A stretch of 64,000 bases of DNA, taken from positions 70,928,001-70,992,000 of the forward strand of contig NC_135817.1 in the NCBI RefSeq assembly GCF_964213995.1. The letters run 5' to 3'. Within the stretch, counting starts at the first letter, position 1. Each line of letters opens with the position of its first letter. The notes under the pieces are model-generated. The model was not told the origin of the DNA. It did no database searches and worked only from the letters and a program-made list of their open reading frames with translations. Of the stretch, positions 48,905 to 61,649 are shown in pieces. Origin of the DNA: Mustelus asterias (lineage: Eukaryota). The translations under genes were made by a program, and so were the position numbers.

Positions 48905-49851
48905 CTGCAGAATGGGACAAAATGAACATCTATATTAGGCAAGAGTGTAGAACAACAAATTTATTAATGTAAAACAAAACTAATTTCTAAATATCTGTTC
49001 CTGAATCTAAATAATTTTCTTATTCAGGAAATAAACAAAAATAATACATAATGCCAAAAAAATGGCAGCACGGAGCTCTGAAATGCAGAGAGATCTGGAT
49101 ATGTTAGTGCATGAATCCTAAAAGGTTAGTATGCAGGTACAGCAAGTCATGAGGAAAGTTAACAGAATGTTACTATTTATCACGAGGGGAATTGAATACA
49201 AAAGTAGAGAGCGAGTCATTGGTAATACAAAACTGGAGTACTGTTGAAAGAAAACATTTTGTCAAAGCTTTTTATCTTGCACTGGTCAGGACCAACAGAA
49301 GAATATTAATATCAAGGGAAACATTATATTGTATGGAACAGGCTCGAGGGCTCTGTAGTCTACACCTGCTCCTAATCTGTATACTTGTTTCCGCATTAGA
49401 CACAGCAACATCAAGTGCAAATTGCATTAGTCTTCTGAAGCAATTTTCTTTTACACAATTTTCAGTTCAAATTAATTTGTCATCAAACATAGGATCTGTC
49501 ATGAACCATCACAACCAGATGGAATGTCTGAACCTTTGTTTGTATTAAATACATCAAGGAATATTTTAAGTGGTAACCTGATGCAAGTTTACAAATGCAA
49601 CTGAAAATGGGTTACCCACAAAAATAATTTTTAATCAGTGTCTAGACCAACAGCTGAGAGTATTCTACTGAACCCCATTCATTTGTTTCATTGGTAGACA
49701 ATGGATTGTTTCCTTCTTTAATATTTGAAAATTATTAGTGGCTTTGGTCCTAAAAATGGAACTTCAATTTTTAGAGCCAATTTGAATAACTAGCTGAAAT
49801 GTACAACGATGATCAATTTTATCTACTTGCATCCTGGTCAGGCGACCTTTG

Positions 49852-50180
49852 GTGCAGCACGGTGGCACAGTGGTTAGCACTGCTGCCTCACAGCACCAGG
49901 GACCCGGGTTCAATTCCCAGCTTGGGTCACTGTCTGTGCTGAGTTTGCACGTTCTCCCCATGCCTGCGTGGGTTTCCTCTGGATGTTCGGATTTCCTCCC
50001 ATAGTCCAAAGATGTGCAGGTTAGGTGGATTGGCCATGCTAAGTTGTCCCTTGGTGTCAGGGGGACTAGCTAAGGTAAATGCATGGGGTTATGGGGATAA
50101 GGCCTGGGTGGGTTTGCATTCGGTGCAGACTCAATGGGCTGAATGGCCTCCTGTTGCACTGTAGGATTCTATGATTCTAT
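49852..50180 (+). mobile_element. HE1 SINE in the last CIP2A intron
   Basis: Head, core and ATTCTATG repeats. Confidence 0.9.
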
Positions 50181-51064
50181 GGCCAGTATTGCGAGCAAAA
50201 GATCTTGGAATCGCAATCCACACTGAAAGTGCATTTGAAATGTTATTTTATTTGCACTGGTTTGATCAATTTTGTGCAAATTGGACTGGGGAAAAAAAAC
50301 AATACAACTTCGCAGAACCTCAAGGCCAATATATTTATTCAAATTACAGCCCAAACTAGTAACGAGTTCCAGAACATAACAACAAATTGAAATACACAAA
50401 AGTTCCACAAGAAATTGGATAACGTACATGCAATGGAGAACTCAGGCATGGTATGCAAAATGTGAAGACGTTTAACAGTAATGAAGTGAAGTTACCATTT
50501 CATCCAAGCCAATTAATACAAAAGTAAATTATGGGAGTGATTAGTTCATTTTCGCTATTCAAAAAGAGACAGAATATTGTGGAGAAAAAAATTACTAGAA
50601 ATTATTCTTCATATTCAATAAAAAATTAGCAATGTGTCAACACTAGTGCAATTATTTCTCAGGATGATTTCAGCAAACACCTACTACCCACTGTTGGTTA
50701 GGTTTATTTATTTTGATCCACTTGTGTACTCGTAAAGAAAAAGATGGAATAAATTTTATCTGGCACCTTGGACAGTTAACGTAAATAGCTGTTGTTCCTT
50801 ATACTTTGGATTATCAAACTCAGAACAGCACATCCTAAGTATGCAAGAAGGAATTTCTCAAATTATTAGTTGTTAAGCATGAGTGCCAATTTATGTAGAC
50901 TTATGACATGTGCTCCAACTTGAAAAGGGATGCCTTTGAAAACAAACAATCAAATTATCCTGTGCTGGGTTCAAAACAGTAGTTAGGAAACTTTCTGTTC
51001 CCTTTAGGTATATCCGAATCTTGAGGTAAAAGGCAGCTTTGGAACCCACTGTTCTAATTAGCGA

Positions 51065-51314
51065 TCAACAGAGAAAATGCTGGAAAATCTCAGCAGATCT
51101 GGCAGCATCTGTAAGGAGAGAAAAGAGCTGATGTTGAGTCCAGATGACCCTTTGTCAAAGCTGTCATCTTGTGTCAGATTTGACAAAGGGTCATCTGGAC
51201 TCGAAGCGTCAGCTCTTTTCTCTCCTTACAGATGCTGCCCGACCTGAGGTTTTCCAGCATTTTCTCTTTTGGTTTCAGATTCCAGCATCCGCAGTAATTT
51301 GCTTTTATTTATTT
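51065..51314. mobile_element. Fold-back element of a second Penelope-like pLTR family; also at about 3262-3455, 8080-8170, 9445-9545, 39570-39737 and 45215-45412
   Basis: Inverted arms (gctggaaaatctcagcagatctggcagcatctg). TSD TGTTCTAATTAGCGA (51050-51064, 51315-51329). The copy at 39570 has flanking repeat TTTTATTGATTACTGT. Confidence 0.65.
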
Positions 51315-51599
51315 TGTTCTAATTAGCGACTTTAGATTCCCAATTAAATTTGTGTTACAAAATATTCAGAACATCCTGGATAGTCTCAGATTATAGTCAG
51401 AGACACTGGTTTCTAATGCAATTGTACCTGCAACCCTTGTAATGAGAAATTTACTTTCACTCCTGAAAATTTAGTTATTTCTAGTATAATGCAGGGAAGA
51501 GGACACAGCAACTCAATCTGGATATTGTAATCTTCACATGTGCTTCAACAATCTTCTGAAAGGCAGAAAGATTAACAAGTCTAAATACATAAAAGTTAC

Positions 51600-51739
51600 C
51601 TTAATACTGAGGTCTTTCCTGGCTAACTCTGTCTTGCTAAGCTCCTTTCGGAGAACGTCAATAGCTTCTTCCATATCCTCTTTCTCCTTCTCTGTTGTTT
51701 TTATTTTTTCTTGCTGTGCTCGGAAATTTTGTTCCAAAC
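51600..51739 (-). CDS. CIP2A: CIP2A penultimate exon (140 bp)
   Basis: LEQNFRAQQEKIKTTEKEKEDMEEAIDVLRKELSKTELARKDLSIK; phase 1/0. Confidence 0.93.
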
Positions 51740-54179
51740 CTGTCAAATTGTTACAAAAAAAATAAGTTAGTGGGTTAAGACTAACATGCAGAGTGCAGAT
51801 TTATCAGCACTATTACAATCACATATGCTCTGTCGTATTGATGCCTTTCCGCCACTTTCCTGCTATCTACTGACAACATAACTTTTTAAACTTTCACAAG
51901 GTATATATAACCTATTGCTTGAGATTTTTCAGCCCATCAGTATATCAAACTGATGAAATGACTAAAACATGTTACAATCCCAGTTAATGTTGATACTGGA
52001 TGGGAAGGTCTCAGAATGGAACCCTGGCTCAAAAGGCCACTTACAGGACTGCCAATTAGCTTTTAACAAAAAAATCAAAACATTCATTAAACATGAAAAG
52101 TTCGACCAGTACAATACTCCTTTACTTATTTTCAGAAATGTATTCAGGTTTTTATGGATAATACAAGTTACAAAACATATCTTATGCTATATAATCTCAG
52201 TAAGTACATAGCCCCTGTAAAGTAATAGGCCAAATGCGGTTAGATACACTGTACTCTGAAACCAAGTGGCAGATGCTACACAATAGAACTTCTGTGGATT
52301 CCTCCTCAAATCCCCTCGGATGATTACTACACCATGAGCCAAGTGGCCTCACTGGATTCCACACAAAGTGTTTCCCAAACTCCACTCTCTAAAAGACATA
52401 ACTGAGAATCTTCTTTTAAACAATGCTTTCCTCAGCTGTTTTCAGCAAGGATCCACTTCCAACATTTCCTACTCTCCTTTCAGTATTCTTCTGCCTTGAA
52501 CTGCCATTGTATTCAAGCTTCTACACAATCTCTCAGGTATCCAGCCACCGATAGAACACTACTGCTTCATAGGCTGTCGCCAAACTTTTGATTTACCTCT
52601 GATATCTGGTTCCTCACTTTAATCTAGTTCTTGCAGCTGTCTCTAACTCAGAACATTTTCTTTGCCTTTTACTTGAATTACTTGAATTCCAACAAACAGT
52701 ACTTGTTCAAATTCCAGTTCCTTTTGCTCCTTTGCTGTCCACCTTCCTGGTACCTCTCTTTTCATTGCCTGGTTTCTAGAACGATCTGTTCTTTAATTTC
52801 TGGGACTTGCTTTCTTGCCCATATACTCAATTGTCTGACACAGCTGTGTGAGAACTGTTCCCTCTCTAGCTGCTAAACCCCAATTGCCTTGGGTCCAGTT
52901 AAAACTGAACACAAAAGGTCTTTCTAACTTAAAGATGATCCCTGGTTGCTGTTTAGTCATTCTCTACCTTTGTTCGCTTTTTACATTATAATCTAAGCAA
53001 AATGCAGATTGTTTGAAATGAAACCGAACCTCCATACATGCAAACACCTTTGTTTAACTTGAATCTAACTAGAGTTTCAACCCTTTCTTACACAAACATT
53101 AAACTCACTGAAATCTATACTTTTTTCTAATATCCAAAAATATAAACATTGATCACTTAAAACTATCCCTGCTTTCTAACAAATTGCAATTTTTCATTTA
53201 AACTGTAGAATTCACATCAGAAGTGCTGTAGTTCTCTTTTTTTTTGAAGCTGTGTCCTCTTGTAGGACTGCTCCCTAATTCAGTCCCCAATATTAATCAA
53301 GCCCCAGCCCAGTCTATTCCCTAGGCGATTTTGCATCTGAAAGCAGCTTGAGTAACCAGAATAACTTAGCTAGCATTAAATTACGCAACTTCAGTATACG
53401 TATAGCTGATCAAATTTACACAACATGCCAGTCTGCTACATTGGGTAGACTGGCAGGAGCTCATGAATCTCAAAGATGGGAGAACAGTTGCAAAGATAGA
53501 ACCTGAAAGGAATCTTCCTGCATTCAGGTCCTCAAAAGCATTTTGATAAAAAGAAAATACTATTGAGATGTTAGAAGATGGAGGAACATGTGCACTGTGA
53601 TTCATGTACAAACCGCATGCCTGATACCTGTAAGTGACTACAATTCATACAGTAACCGTAATTTTAATTCAAATGATGAATTGAATTATTTCCCTGACGT
53701 GTGCCTCCAATTACAGAAATGCATGAAATGCAATGAACTTCTAAGATTGTGTTAGCGCTCGACATGAACAAAGGACCAATGTAGAACAGCGTAAGGGGCC
53801 TCTGACTTTGGGTAGATTGTCCTACATCTGCTTGTGGCACAGCTGTGAGAACTGTTTCCTGTTGGGCCATCTACCTAAAGTTTTGAAGCAAGGTAAAAAG
53901 CACAATCCTAACATAAATTAAATGCTCTTAAGATAGGGGAAGATTTATTATAAAGTTTTCCTATTGCTCCATCTTCTTTTAAGTTCCCAATAGGATCACA
54001 CACAAATTTCCAATGACGGTTTTTCCCGATGACTTGAACCATTTGGAACACATAAGACCATACAAATGTAATATAATACATCCCATCACTCCGTGGCACA
54101 TTTCACTTTTCTGTTCAAATAATAAATACATTTTGAAGCAGACAAATGGACGTAGGTGAGTGAAAAACCAAAGACGCAC

Positions 54180-54262
54180 CCATTAATTTATTGTCCTTTT
54201 CCTCTAACTGAATGCATAGATCCTTTTTCTGTGCTTCCATCTCTGCTAACTGAGCAAGGCAT
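54180..54262 (-). CDS. CIP2A: CIP2A exon (83 bp)
   Basis: CLAQLAEMEAQKKDLCIQLEEKDNKLM; cttAG / G|gtgcgt; phase 2/1 fits both neighbours. Confidence 0.87.
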
Positions 54263-54400
54263 CTAAGATTCAAAAAGAAAAACAAAATTTTACCGATTCC
54301 TTAAAAGAATTTACACTTGACAAACATGACTTCAAGTCATTCTGATAGACTTAGGAACTATAAATACTACATCCGATCACAGGTTGGAAAATGGACTTAC

Positions 54401-54514
54401 CTGTCATTCTGTTGTTTAAGGGATTCAATTTGCTTTTTGAACAATTCACTTTGTTCACTTAAGGAATTGTGTTTAATCTGTAGTTCTTTAAGTTGCCTTT
54501 CAACTGTCTCAAGG
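54401..54514 (-). CDS. CIP2A: CIP2A exon (114 bp), coiled coil
   Basis: LETVERQLKELQIKHNSLSEQSELFKKQIESLKQQND; AG/GTAAGT; phase 2/2. Confidence 0.9.
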
Positions 54515-55004
54515 CTAAAAAGAAAGTTTGTGTAAATGAACAAATCTGAAATTGAATTTATGGATTATATTTTCAAGAAAGTTATTCTGTCAAAAATACA
54601 ATTCATTTAACCTTTTAAAAAGTTACACAAATATAAATATACTCCTGTAGGTTGCTACATCAAGGTTCATTCAGCCCACTCCCATGATGGTACATTCTCT
54701 CCTCTGCTACAATGCCCTCAGTGCCACAAGTTATTTTTCCTAATGTCCTCCCCCATGTATCCATTGTCACTTTGAAATAGGGTGCTGAACGAAGGATGCC
54801 AGTGGTTTATTGGAAGATCCTCCCCCATTCTTGTAGACAAGCGTTGGGCCTCCAAACGATAGCACAAAACTGGTAAGATTATTGCTCCATGCCATACACA
54901 CAGTCATTTCTTTACAATGAACCATGATGGCACTGTAATTCATTTTTTGAAATGACAGGATGGAAAATTGCACCAAAATCGGAGCGGATATCACTCAAAC
55001 TTAC

Positions 55005-55201
55005 TTTTGAGCAAGACTCTTTGAAGTAACTTTTAAGGATTCATGTTCTTCAGAAACGGCCTGTAGTTTACAATTGTGCTGATAAAGCTCTTCAATATCA
55101 GCCTTGGCACGGTCAGATTCCAACAGTTGTGTCTTTAGCGCTCCATCAAGTTCCTCATTTTTTCTCTCTGCTTCCATTAAAAGTGAAGCTAACTGTCGTG
55201 C
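55005..55201 (-). CDS. CIP2A: CIP2A exon (197 bp), coiled coil
   Basis: [65 protein letters not shown]; AG/GTAAGT; phase 0/2. Confidence 0.93.
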
Positions 55202-56114
55202 CTACAACTCAAAAAATATCCAAATTTATAAAATGGAACAATTCAGAATGAATGTACAAAGTAGAGATTGAAGCTGCCTTAACATACAAATTAGAAAAAA
55301 AAGTGAAAATTCAATGTTCAAGACATTAAATATTACCCAGGGAATACACACCTGATCTGTATAAATCATCAGACATCACTAGTGCATAAGGGCAGTGACA
55401 AGTGATATCAGACAAGCAATCATACTGCTGTAGCAGGCTTGGTGTCTATGATGGTAGTGAAAAAGTAGAGTTCACCATCAATACATGTGAAAGTTGGTGC
55501 CATGTTTGGAGATCATGGGGGCGATTCTCCCATTCCAACCCGCTAATTTTTTGGTGCGTTGGGTTGGGAGACGCGCGTGCGCGCCAATTCGCATATGCGT
55601 TCCTGATTGCATGCACGTCCCCCACCGCCAGAAAGTAGGCGCAGTCAGGACCACGCAGGAAACCAGCAGGAAGACCAGGTAAGTGATTTTAATCCTTTTG
55701 TAATGTAATTGATATGTCATTATCGGGCCCAGGACTGAATTCTCCAGGCCTGATAGCATCTCCCACTCTGCCAGTACAATTTCACTCCGGTGGGGTTTAG
55801 AGTAGCTCCCCACTTTCAGGGAACTAGCAGGAGACCCCCCCTGGGATAAAGAGGGGGGGGGGCGGTTGGGGAGAGAGAGAAAGAAAGATCAGGGCCCCCC
55901 AGGAGTTGGGCTGCGGGCGTGGTCCCTCCTGGGCATGGGCATCTTGGCAGTGCTAGCCTGTGCCCCCTGGCACTGCCCAAGGGGCAAAGTGCCCATGCCT
56001 GGATGGCACCTTGGCACTGCTCACCAGGCATCGGGCAGTGCCAAGGGGGTGGGGCCTATTGTAGGCAGGATTTAGGGGTGATCGGTGGGGGAGGGTCACA
56101 CTGCCACACGGCAT

Positions 56115-56366
56115 TCTATGCTTTCAAAAAAAAATTGTTCCATCCCAAAAAATCAAATTCACATAGAATCCAATTTATGGTTCCCACCAGAGACACAAAC
56201 AAAATCCAAGCTGACAAGATGAGGCATTGCACCCCACCTTGGGCTTGATCTGATGTTTCATCTTAGCCAAAAGACCGAAATGTCTTCGAAAAATTGCATT
56301 AGCAATGTCTCGGTTAAACCTATCGATTACCCTGATCAGTGGCGCTATCCACTGCCAGGTAAGCAT
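56115..56366 (-). mobile_element. snRNA-chimeric element (U1-like + U4-like + U2-like head, then stem-loop), SINEU-like
   Basis: ATGCTTACCTGGCAGTGG...TGATCA resembles the U1 5' end. AGGTTTAACCGAG..ATTGCTAAT..GCAATTTTT resembles U4. TCGGTCTTTTGGCTAAGAT resembles the U2 5' end. Hairpin at 56241-56215. Confidence 0.65.
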
Positions 56367-57211
56367 TTTCCTTCACATAAAAGTTACAAACCCTAATATC
56401 ATCAATGATTCCAATTGAAATTGGCTCAACCCAAAACTCTATACCAATTGATCAATTAAAATCCCAGTAAAGCGGTAAGGTTAATTAAAAGGAAGAACAG
56501 TAAATAACAGTTAATGCCTGAAATCCTTCTCCTGATGCAAATTTCAAAATGAGCAAAATGAAAAGGATTTACTGTGGTTTCTAACGTGCTTCCCAGACAA
56601 ACGGAATGGATAACTCAGAAGCTGTGCAATTTTCAACGTTTTTTATAAACCCCATTAAATTTTGTTCAATTACAAAAATATTAACCATAATTGATTACTG
56701 CCCTTCATTTCCAAAGATTAAAAGAACTGCAGCTTCTGCAAAATAGATTTGCATTCTACTGGCACTTCACTTTTGATAACTTTTTAATGTTACTTATAAT
56801 CGACATTAGTGTGGTAAATCCAACAGTGCCTTACTCTGCTAGATTTTGAAGATCCTCACAATTAGAAACTTAGAACCTAGGGAGTTAGTCTATACCAGGC
56901 AATGTTGGGTCAATTTCTGTGCTGAAAAAATTCTAATTTGAATTCAATTATATAATGTACCCAATCAAAAGATTAATTGAATTGAAAGACTGAATCAAAG
57001 AGAGACAATGGGTGAGATTCTCTGGCTCCTGCTCTGTTTTTCTCAGCCATGCCCCATTCGCTGGCGGTGGGATCTTCTGGTCTAGCTGTCAATGGGAATT
57101 CCCACTGAAGCCACACGGTGGAACCAGAGAATCTCGCTGGTGTGAACAGCCAGAGAATTCCAGCCAGTATCTTTAAAATTACTTATCTGTCTTGCAATAT
57201 ATTCAAAATAC

Positions 57212-57322
57212 CTCTGCTTCTGCATGGGCTCTCTGACAGCGGTACTGGGCAATCAAACGATCAGCCTGTGCCAGGGCTAGTGCCTTTGCTTCCAATAGGT
57301 CCTGCAAACGGTTTTCTTTGGA
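57212..57322 (-). CDS. CIP2A: CIP2A exon (111 bp)
   Basis: [37 protein letters not shown]; AG/GT; phase 0/0. Confidence 0.95.
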
Positions 57323-57539
57323 CTAAACAAAAGAAAGAGTTAAACTTCAATTATATTCATGCTAAAGATTGTTAATATCAAAACACGTTTCAAAACGTCA
57401 ATCTGTGATATTGTAAAATATGGAAATCAAATGAAGTAAGGATGTTTAAGGCCCTGCTCAGTTCACATGCTATTGTATCAGAAGGGAGGCATGCAAAGGT
57501 ATAAATGAAGGACAGCCATCTCTAGATGAATCAGTCTGG

Positions 57540-58080
57540 TGAAACTATCCTGCATACCTTCTCTTGGCAAATGCATCCATTCTTAGGTAAGACCACCAAA
57601 CTGCGCACACCACTCCAGGTGTGGTCTCACCAAAGACCTGTACAGCTGAGGTAAGATTGAAATCCTCTTGCAAGCAAAACCAACATTTGTTCATACTTGC
57701 TTTCAATGATCGGTGTACAAGGACAACCAGGTGCTTCTATGCATCAACATTTCCCAAACTATCACAATTTAAATAATATTCTGTTTTCCATTTTTCTGAC
57801 AGAAGTGGATGACTTCACACTTATCCACATTATACAACACTTGCCATGTATTTGGCCACTCACTCAAAGTGTAAATCACCTTGAAGCTTCTTTACTTCTT
57901 CCTCATCACTCAAAACACCCCCTAGTTTTTTAGTCATCAGCTTGAAAATATTACTATGATTCCCTCAACCAAACTGTTGATGTATATTGTGAATAGCTAG
58001 GGCCTAAGCACTGATCCCTGTGGTGCCCCACTAATCACCGCCTTCCACTCCAAAAAACAGTCATTTATTCTGACCCTTTG
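57540..58080 (-). mobile_element. Degraded CR1 RT fragment
   Basis: PQGSVLGP-like ccacagggatcagtgcttaggcc on the - strand. Confidence 0.6.
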
Positions 58081-58334
58081 AAAAGAAAAATATTACAGGA
58101 AAAATGGAGAACAATCTTATTTAAAGTTTGCTGCACCATGTAAAACAGCAGTCAAAAAAGGAAAGATGTTTCCTCACACTATTTCATATCTCTTAGCTGT
58201 CATAGTCTCGACCAAAGTTTAAAAGAAAATCGAATAAATTTTATATTGTTGCACCCGCAATACCATAAACTAAAATGTATATGTAATAAAATGACAAAAC
58301 CCCCAAAATATTAGGTTCTTGTGAATAAATGAGG

Positions 58335-58710
58335 GGGTTCTCATAGAAAGCTATAAAATTCTAACAGGACTAGATTAGATAGGCTAGATGCAAGAAAGAT
58401 GCTCCCTATGGTGTGGTGTCCAGAACCAAAACCAGTCTAAAGATACAGAGTAGGCTGCTTGGGACAGAGTAGAAATTTCTTCACCCAGAGAATGGTCAGC
58501 CTGTGGAATTCACTACCACCGAAGGTAGTTGAGGCCAAAACATTGTATGTTTTCAAGAAGCAGTTAGATATAACACTAGAGGCGAAGGGGATCAAAGGAT
58601 AGGAGGGAAAGGCGGGATCATGCTTTTGAGTTGGATGATCAGCCATGTCATAATGAATGGCGGAGCAGGCCCGAAGGGTCTCCTCCTGCTCCTATTTTCG
58701 GTTTCTATAA
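58335..58710 (+). mobile_element. CR1 3' fragment
   Basis: FFTQRMVSLWNSLP motif and a 3' tail similar to 17396-17940. Confidence 0.75.
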
Positions 58711-60989
58711 ATCCGTTCTCTGCACAAGGCGTTGAGACGCAGATGTCAACCTCCAGAATATCAAATCGAAGATGCCCCAAAGATGCGCGAGGGAATCCCT
58801 TTTGGAGGTTTCCAGTTTAAGGTTTGCACAGCAGTTGCTCAGAAGTGCAAACTTTCCCCGGGCAATTGCCCTGCACTGGGAACCATCCAAAGAAACACAA
58901 ACTTTGGATGGTTCCGACTGAATTACATCAATAGTTACCCAGAGAAGGTTAGAAGAATTACAGCCTCTTATTTTTCGCAGCTATTGAACAGACCCATTGA
59001 ACACCCCGCCCCCCGCATACTGCTGACAACGTCCCCCACACCAACCCCATCCTCCCACCGACAGAAACTCCAACCCATGTGATTCCTCCACCTACTGTAT
59101 CAAACCAGACTTTTCACACCCCCCCCCACCCCCCGCCATACCCAACATCATTCCCCCCCCCTCCCCCCAGTGCATAGCAGACATCGATCAACGCCTCCCC
59201 CCCCCAGGCCTGTCGCGACCCCTACTCCTCCCCAAGGCCCACCATACACACAACCCCTCCCCCCCACTAGAACCGATGACCCTATCACCCCTGCCCAGGC
59301 CCAACTCCAACCCCTTCCTTTTTGAGGCCCACCACACACACTATCTCACTTCCAAGGCCACTGTTCTCAAAACTTGCATATACAGAGTAACCCTTCACCA
59401 AGAATGACGAATGTCACATTATTGTATTAATTATATACCACAAAATGCACCATTGCTACAACGGTAAGAGTAGAACATTAGGAGGCAAATGGCCGGCTAA
59501 AATTGTTGCTGAAACTTGTGTTAAAGAGAAACAAAAAGCGTTTACAAAATGTCTCTCTGAACATACCAATAGGAAGGAACAAACTTGATCAGAAACAGTG
59601 CCAGCAAATAGCAGTCCCACACTATGCTGCCTGCCACCTTCAGGACTTCAGGTAACACTAGCTGCTGTATTCATGGTCAGCTCAGAGTCATATAAACAGG
59701 CCTGCTCTACGCAATGAGAGTTGTATTTTAAATGATTAATGGATTACATAGAATGGCTGGAGAAACTAGTTCATCTGGTGGAGAGATCCACAACATGACA
59801 GCATAATCTTTAATTTAGAACTGGACAATTTAGGACTGAAATCTGAATGCATCACTTCACACAAATGTTTGTGGAAACATTTATTCCTTTCTTCCTCTTC
59901 AAAAGCCGATGGCTACCAGGCAACTGAAATTTTAAATTGAGGTTGATAAATCAGCCAGTGCCTAATTGAATGGTAAAACAGTTTGAAGAGAAGAAGAACC
60001 TACTCTTGCTCCTATGTCTTTTCTCATTTTTTCATGTCAATTTGAAGCAGTTTTGTATTTCAATGCACCTTGCATTGATTGTATATGTGAGCCATCCCTT
60101 CGAACCTCTGCAGAAAGACCTGATAGTCTGATCTCTATTCTGCTGTTAGCCAATATCACAGTTAAACTATTTACAGGAATTTAGAAATTGCAGCAGTTTT
60201 AAATCCAGATAATAAAAAAACCTTTTTCCTCACTTTCTCAAAATAGTGCAACTATAAAATATAATAGCATTACAGTCAACGGTTTCCTTGTCTAGACGCT
60301 ATGTTCTGGAATCCCCCCTCTGAATTTCTTTGCCTTTTTCTTTACTTTTAAGACATTCCTTAAAACCTACATCTTTGCCCTAATATTTTCTGATGTAGCC
60401 CCGTGTCAAATTTTGTCTGCTAATGCATCTGTGAAGCACATTGGAATATTTCACTGTGCTCAAGGTACTATATAAATGCAAGCAGGATGTGTAAAAATCT
60501 ATTCAGCTACACAAATAATACAAATTTACAAGACACCGAGGAGCAAAGAATTACAATTTCATACATTTTTTCCATGCAGTTAATAAGCTCTTTACAACTT
60601 TATACATAGTGCTTTTCACATCAGTAAAAGAACACCAAATCATCAGACGTGACATTTATAGATGCGCAGCGGAGGTAGATTATTAGGATGATTTCAAAAG
60701 CATTACATCACAATGAAGAATTTCACTTTGAACTTGGAGAGTAAATAAGTGCAGCTTATGTTATTCAACACATCATGTTGTTCACATTCAGTTGCAAAAG
60801 AAACCATATTGAAACCAATCAAGAGAGAATTTTAAAATGTTTCAGTATTTTCTTATTTTTGTCAACTTTAGAAGAACATTTCATTGATGTAACATCATGT
60901 GGTTTCTGTTCCGATAACATATGGCACATTTTGGTTTATCAATTTTCAATGCTGCCTGTTTAAAAATATCAAATTCAACAGGTACTTAC

Positions 60990-61064
60990 AGCAAGAGATG
61001 AAAGTTTCTGCTCATATACATCCATCATATCTGACAGCCTCACATCCTTGACTTGTTCCTTCAG
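60990..61064 (-). CDS. CIP2A: CIP2A exon (75 bp)
   Basis: LKEQVKDVRLSDMMDVYEQKLSSLA; canonical AG/GTAAGT; phase 0/0. Confidence 0.92.
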
Positions 61065-61649
61065 CTGTAAAAATATATTAAATGTATTGTTAAGCAGCTA
61101 AATAAAAAGAAAGTCAATACAGAATGCTCGGCAGAGAACTAAATATAAATATTTTTACAGGTGTTTATTTCTTGCACAAAACTGACAACAAAATAGTTTG
61201 TGAAACTCAAGCATATAATATGGCAAATAAAAATTCAACATTTGTGCTTCGAGGTCAGCTTCAATACACAATTTCAGGAAACTGTTACAATCAAAAAATT
61301 AACCTTCATTTTTTTCAAACAATTCTTACAGCTAAATTTCTTAATGAGACTCAATCATCAATGTAGTCTATGTTATATTGCTCCACTTTCCTCAATTAGA
61401 CTATTAACATTGATTAAATATGGGCGTTTGGTAGCATGGCGACTCGTAATCTACAGGTATGGACGAATGCTCCGGAGACACAAGTTCAACGTGGTTGACT
61501 CTGAGCTACCTTTTGAAATGTCTTGGGAAGCTAGTTTTATTCAAAAAGATGGCTCACAACCACCACCTTATCAAGGGCAATTAAGATTGGGCAATACATG
61601 ACAGCCTTGCCAGCAATATCCACATTCCAAAACAAGTTAATTTGAAATC

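Noticed and set aside
56260-56366. Functional U1, U2 or U4 snRNA gene
   Set aside because: Only short fused segments match; the remaining snRNA bodies and a properly placed PSE are absent.
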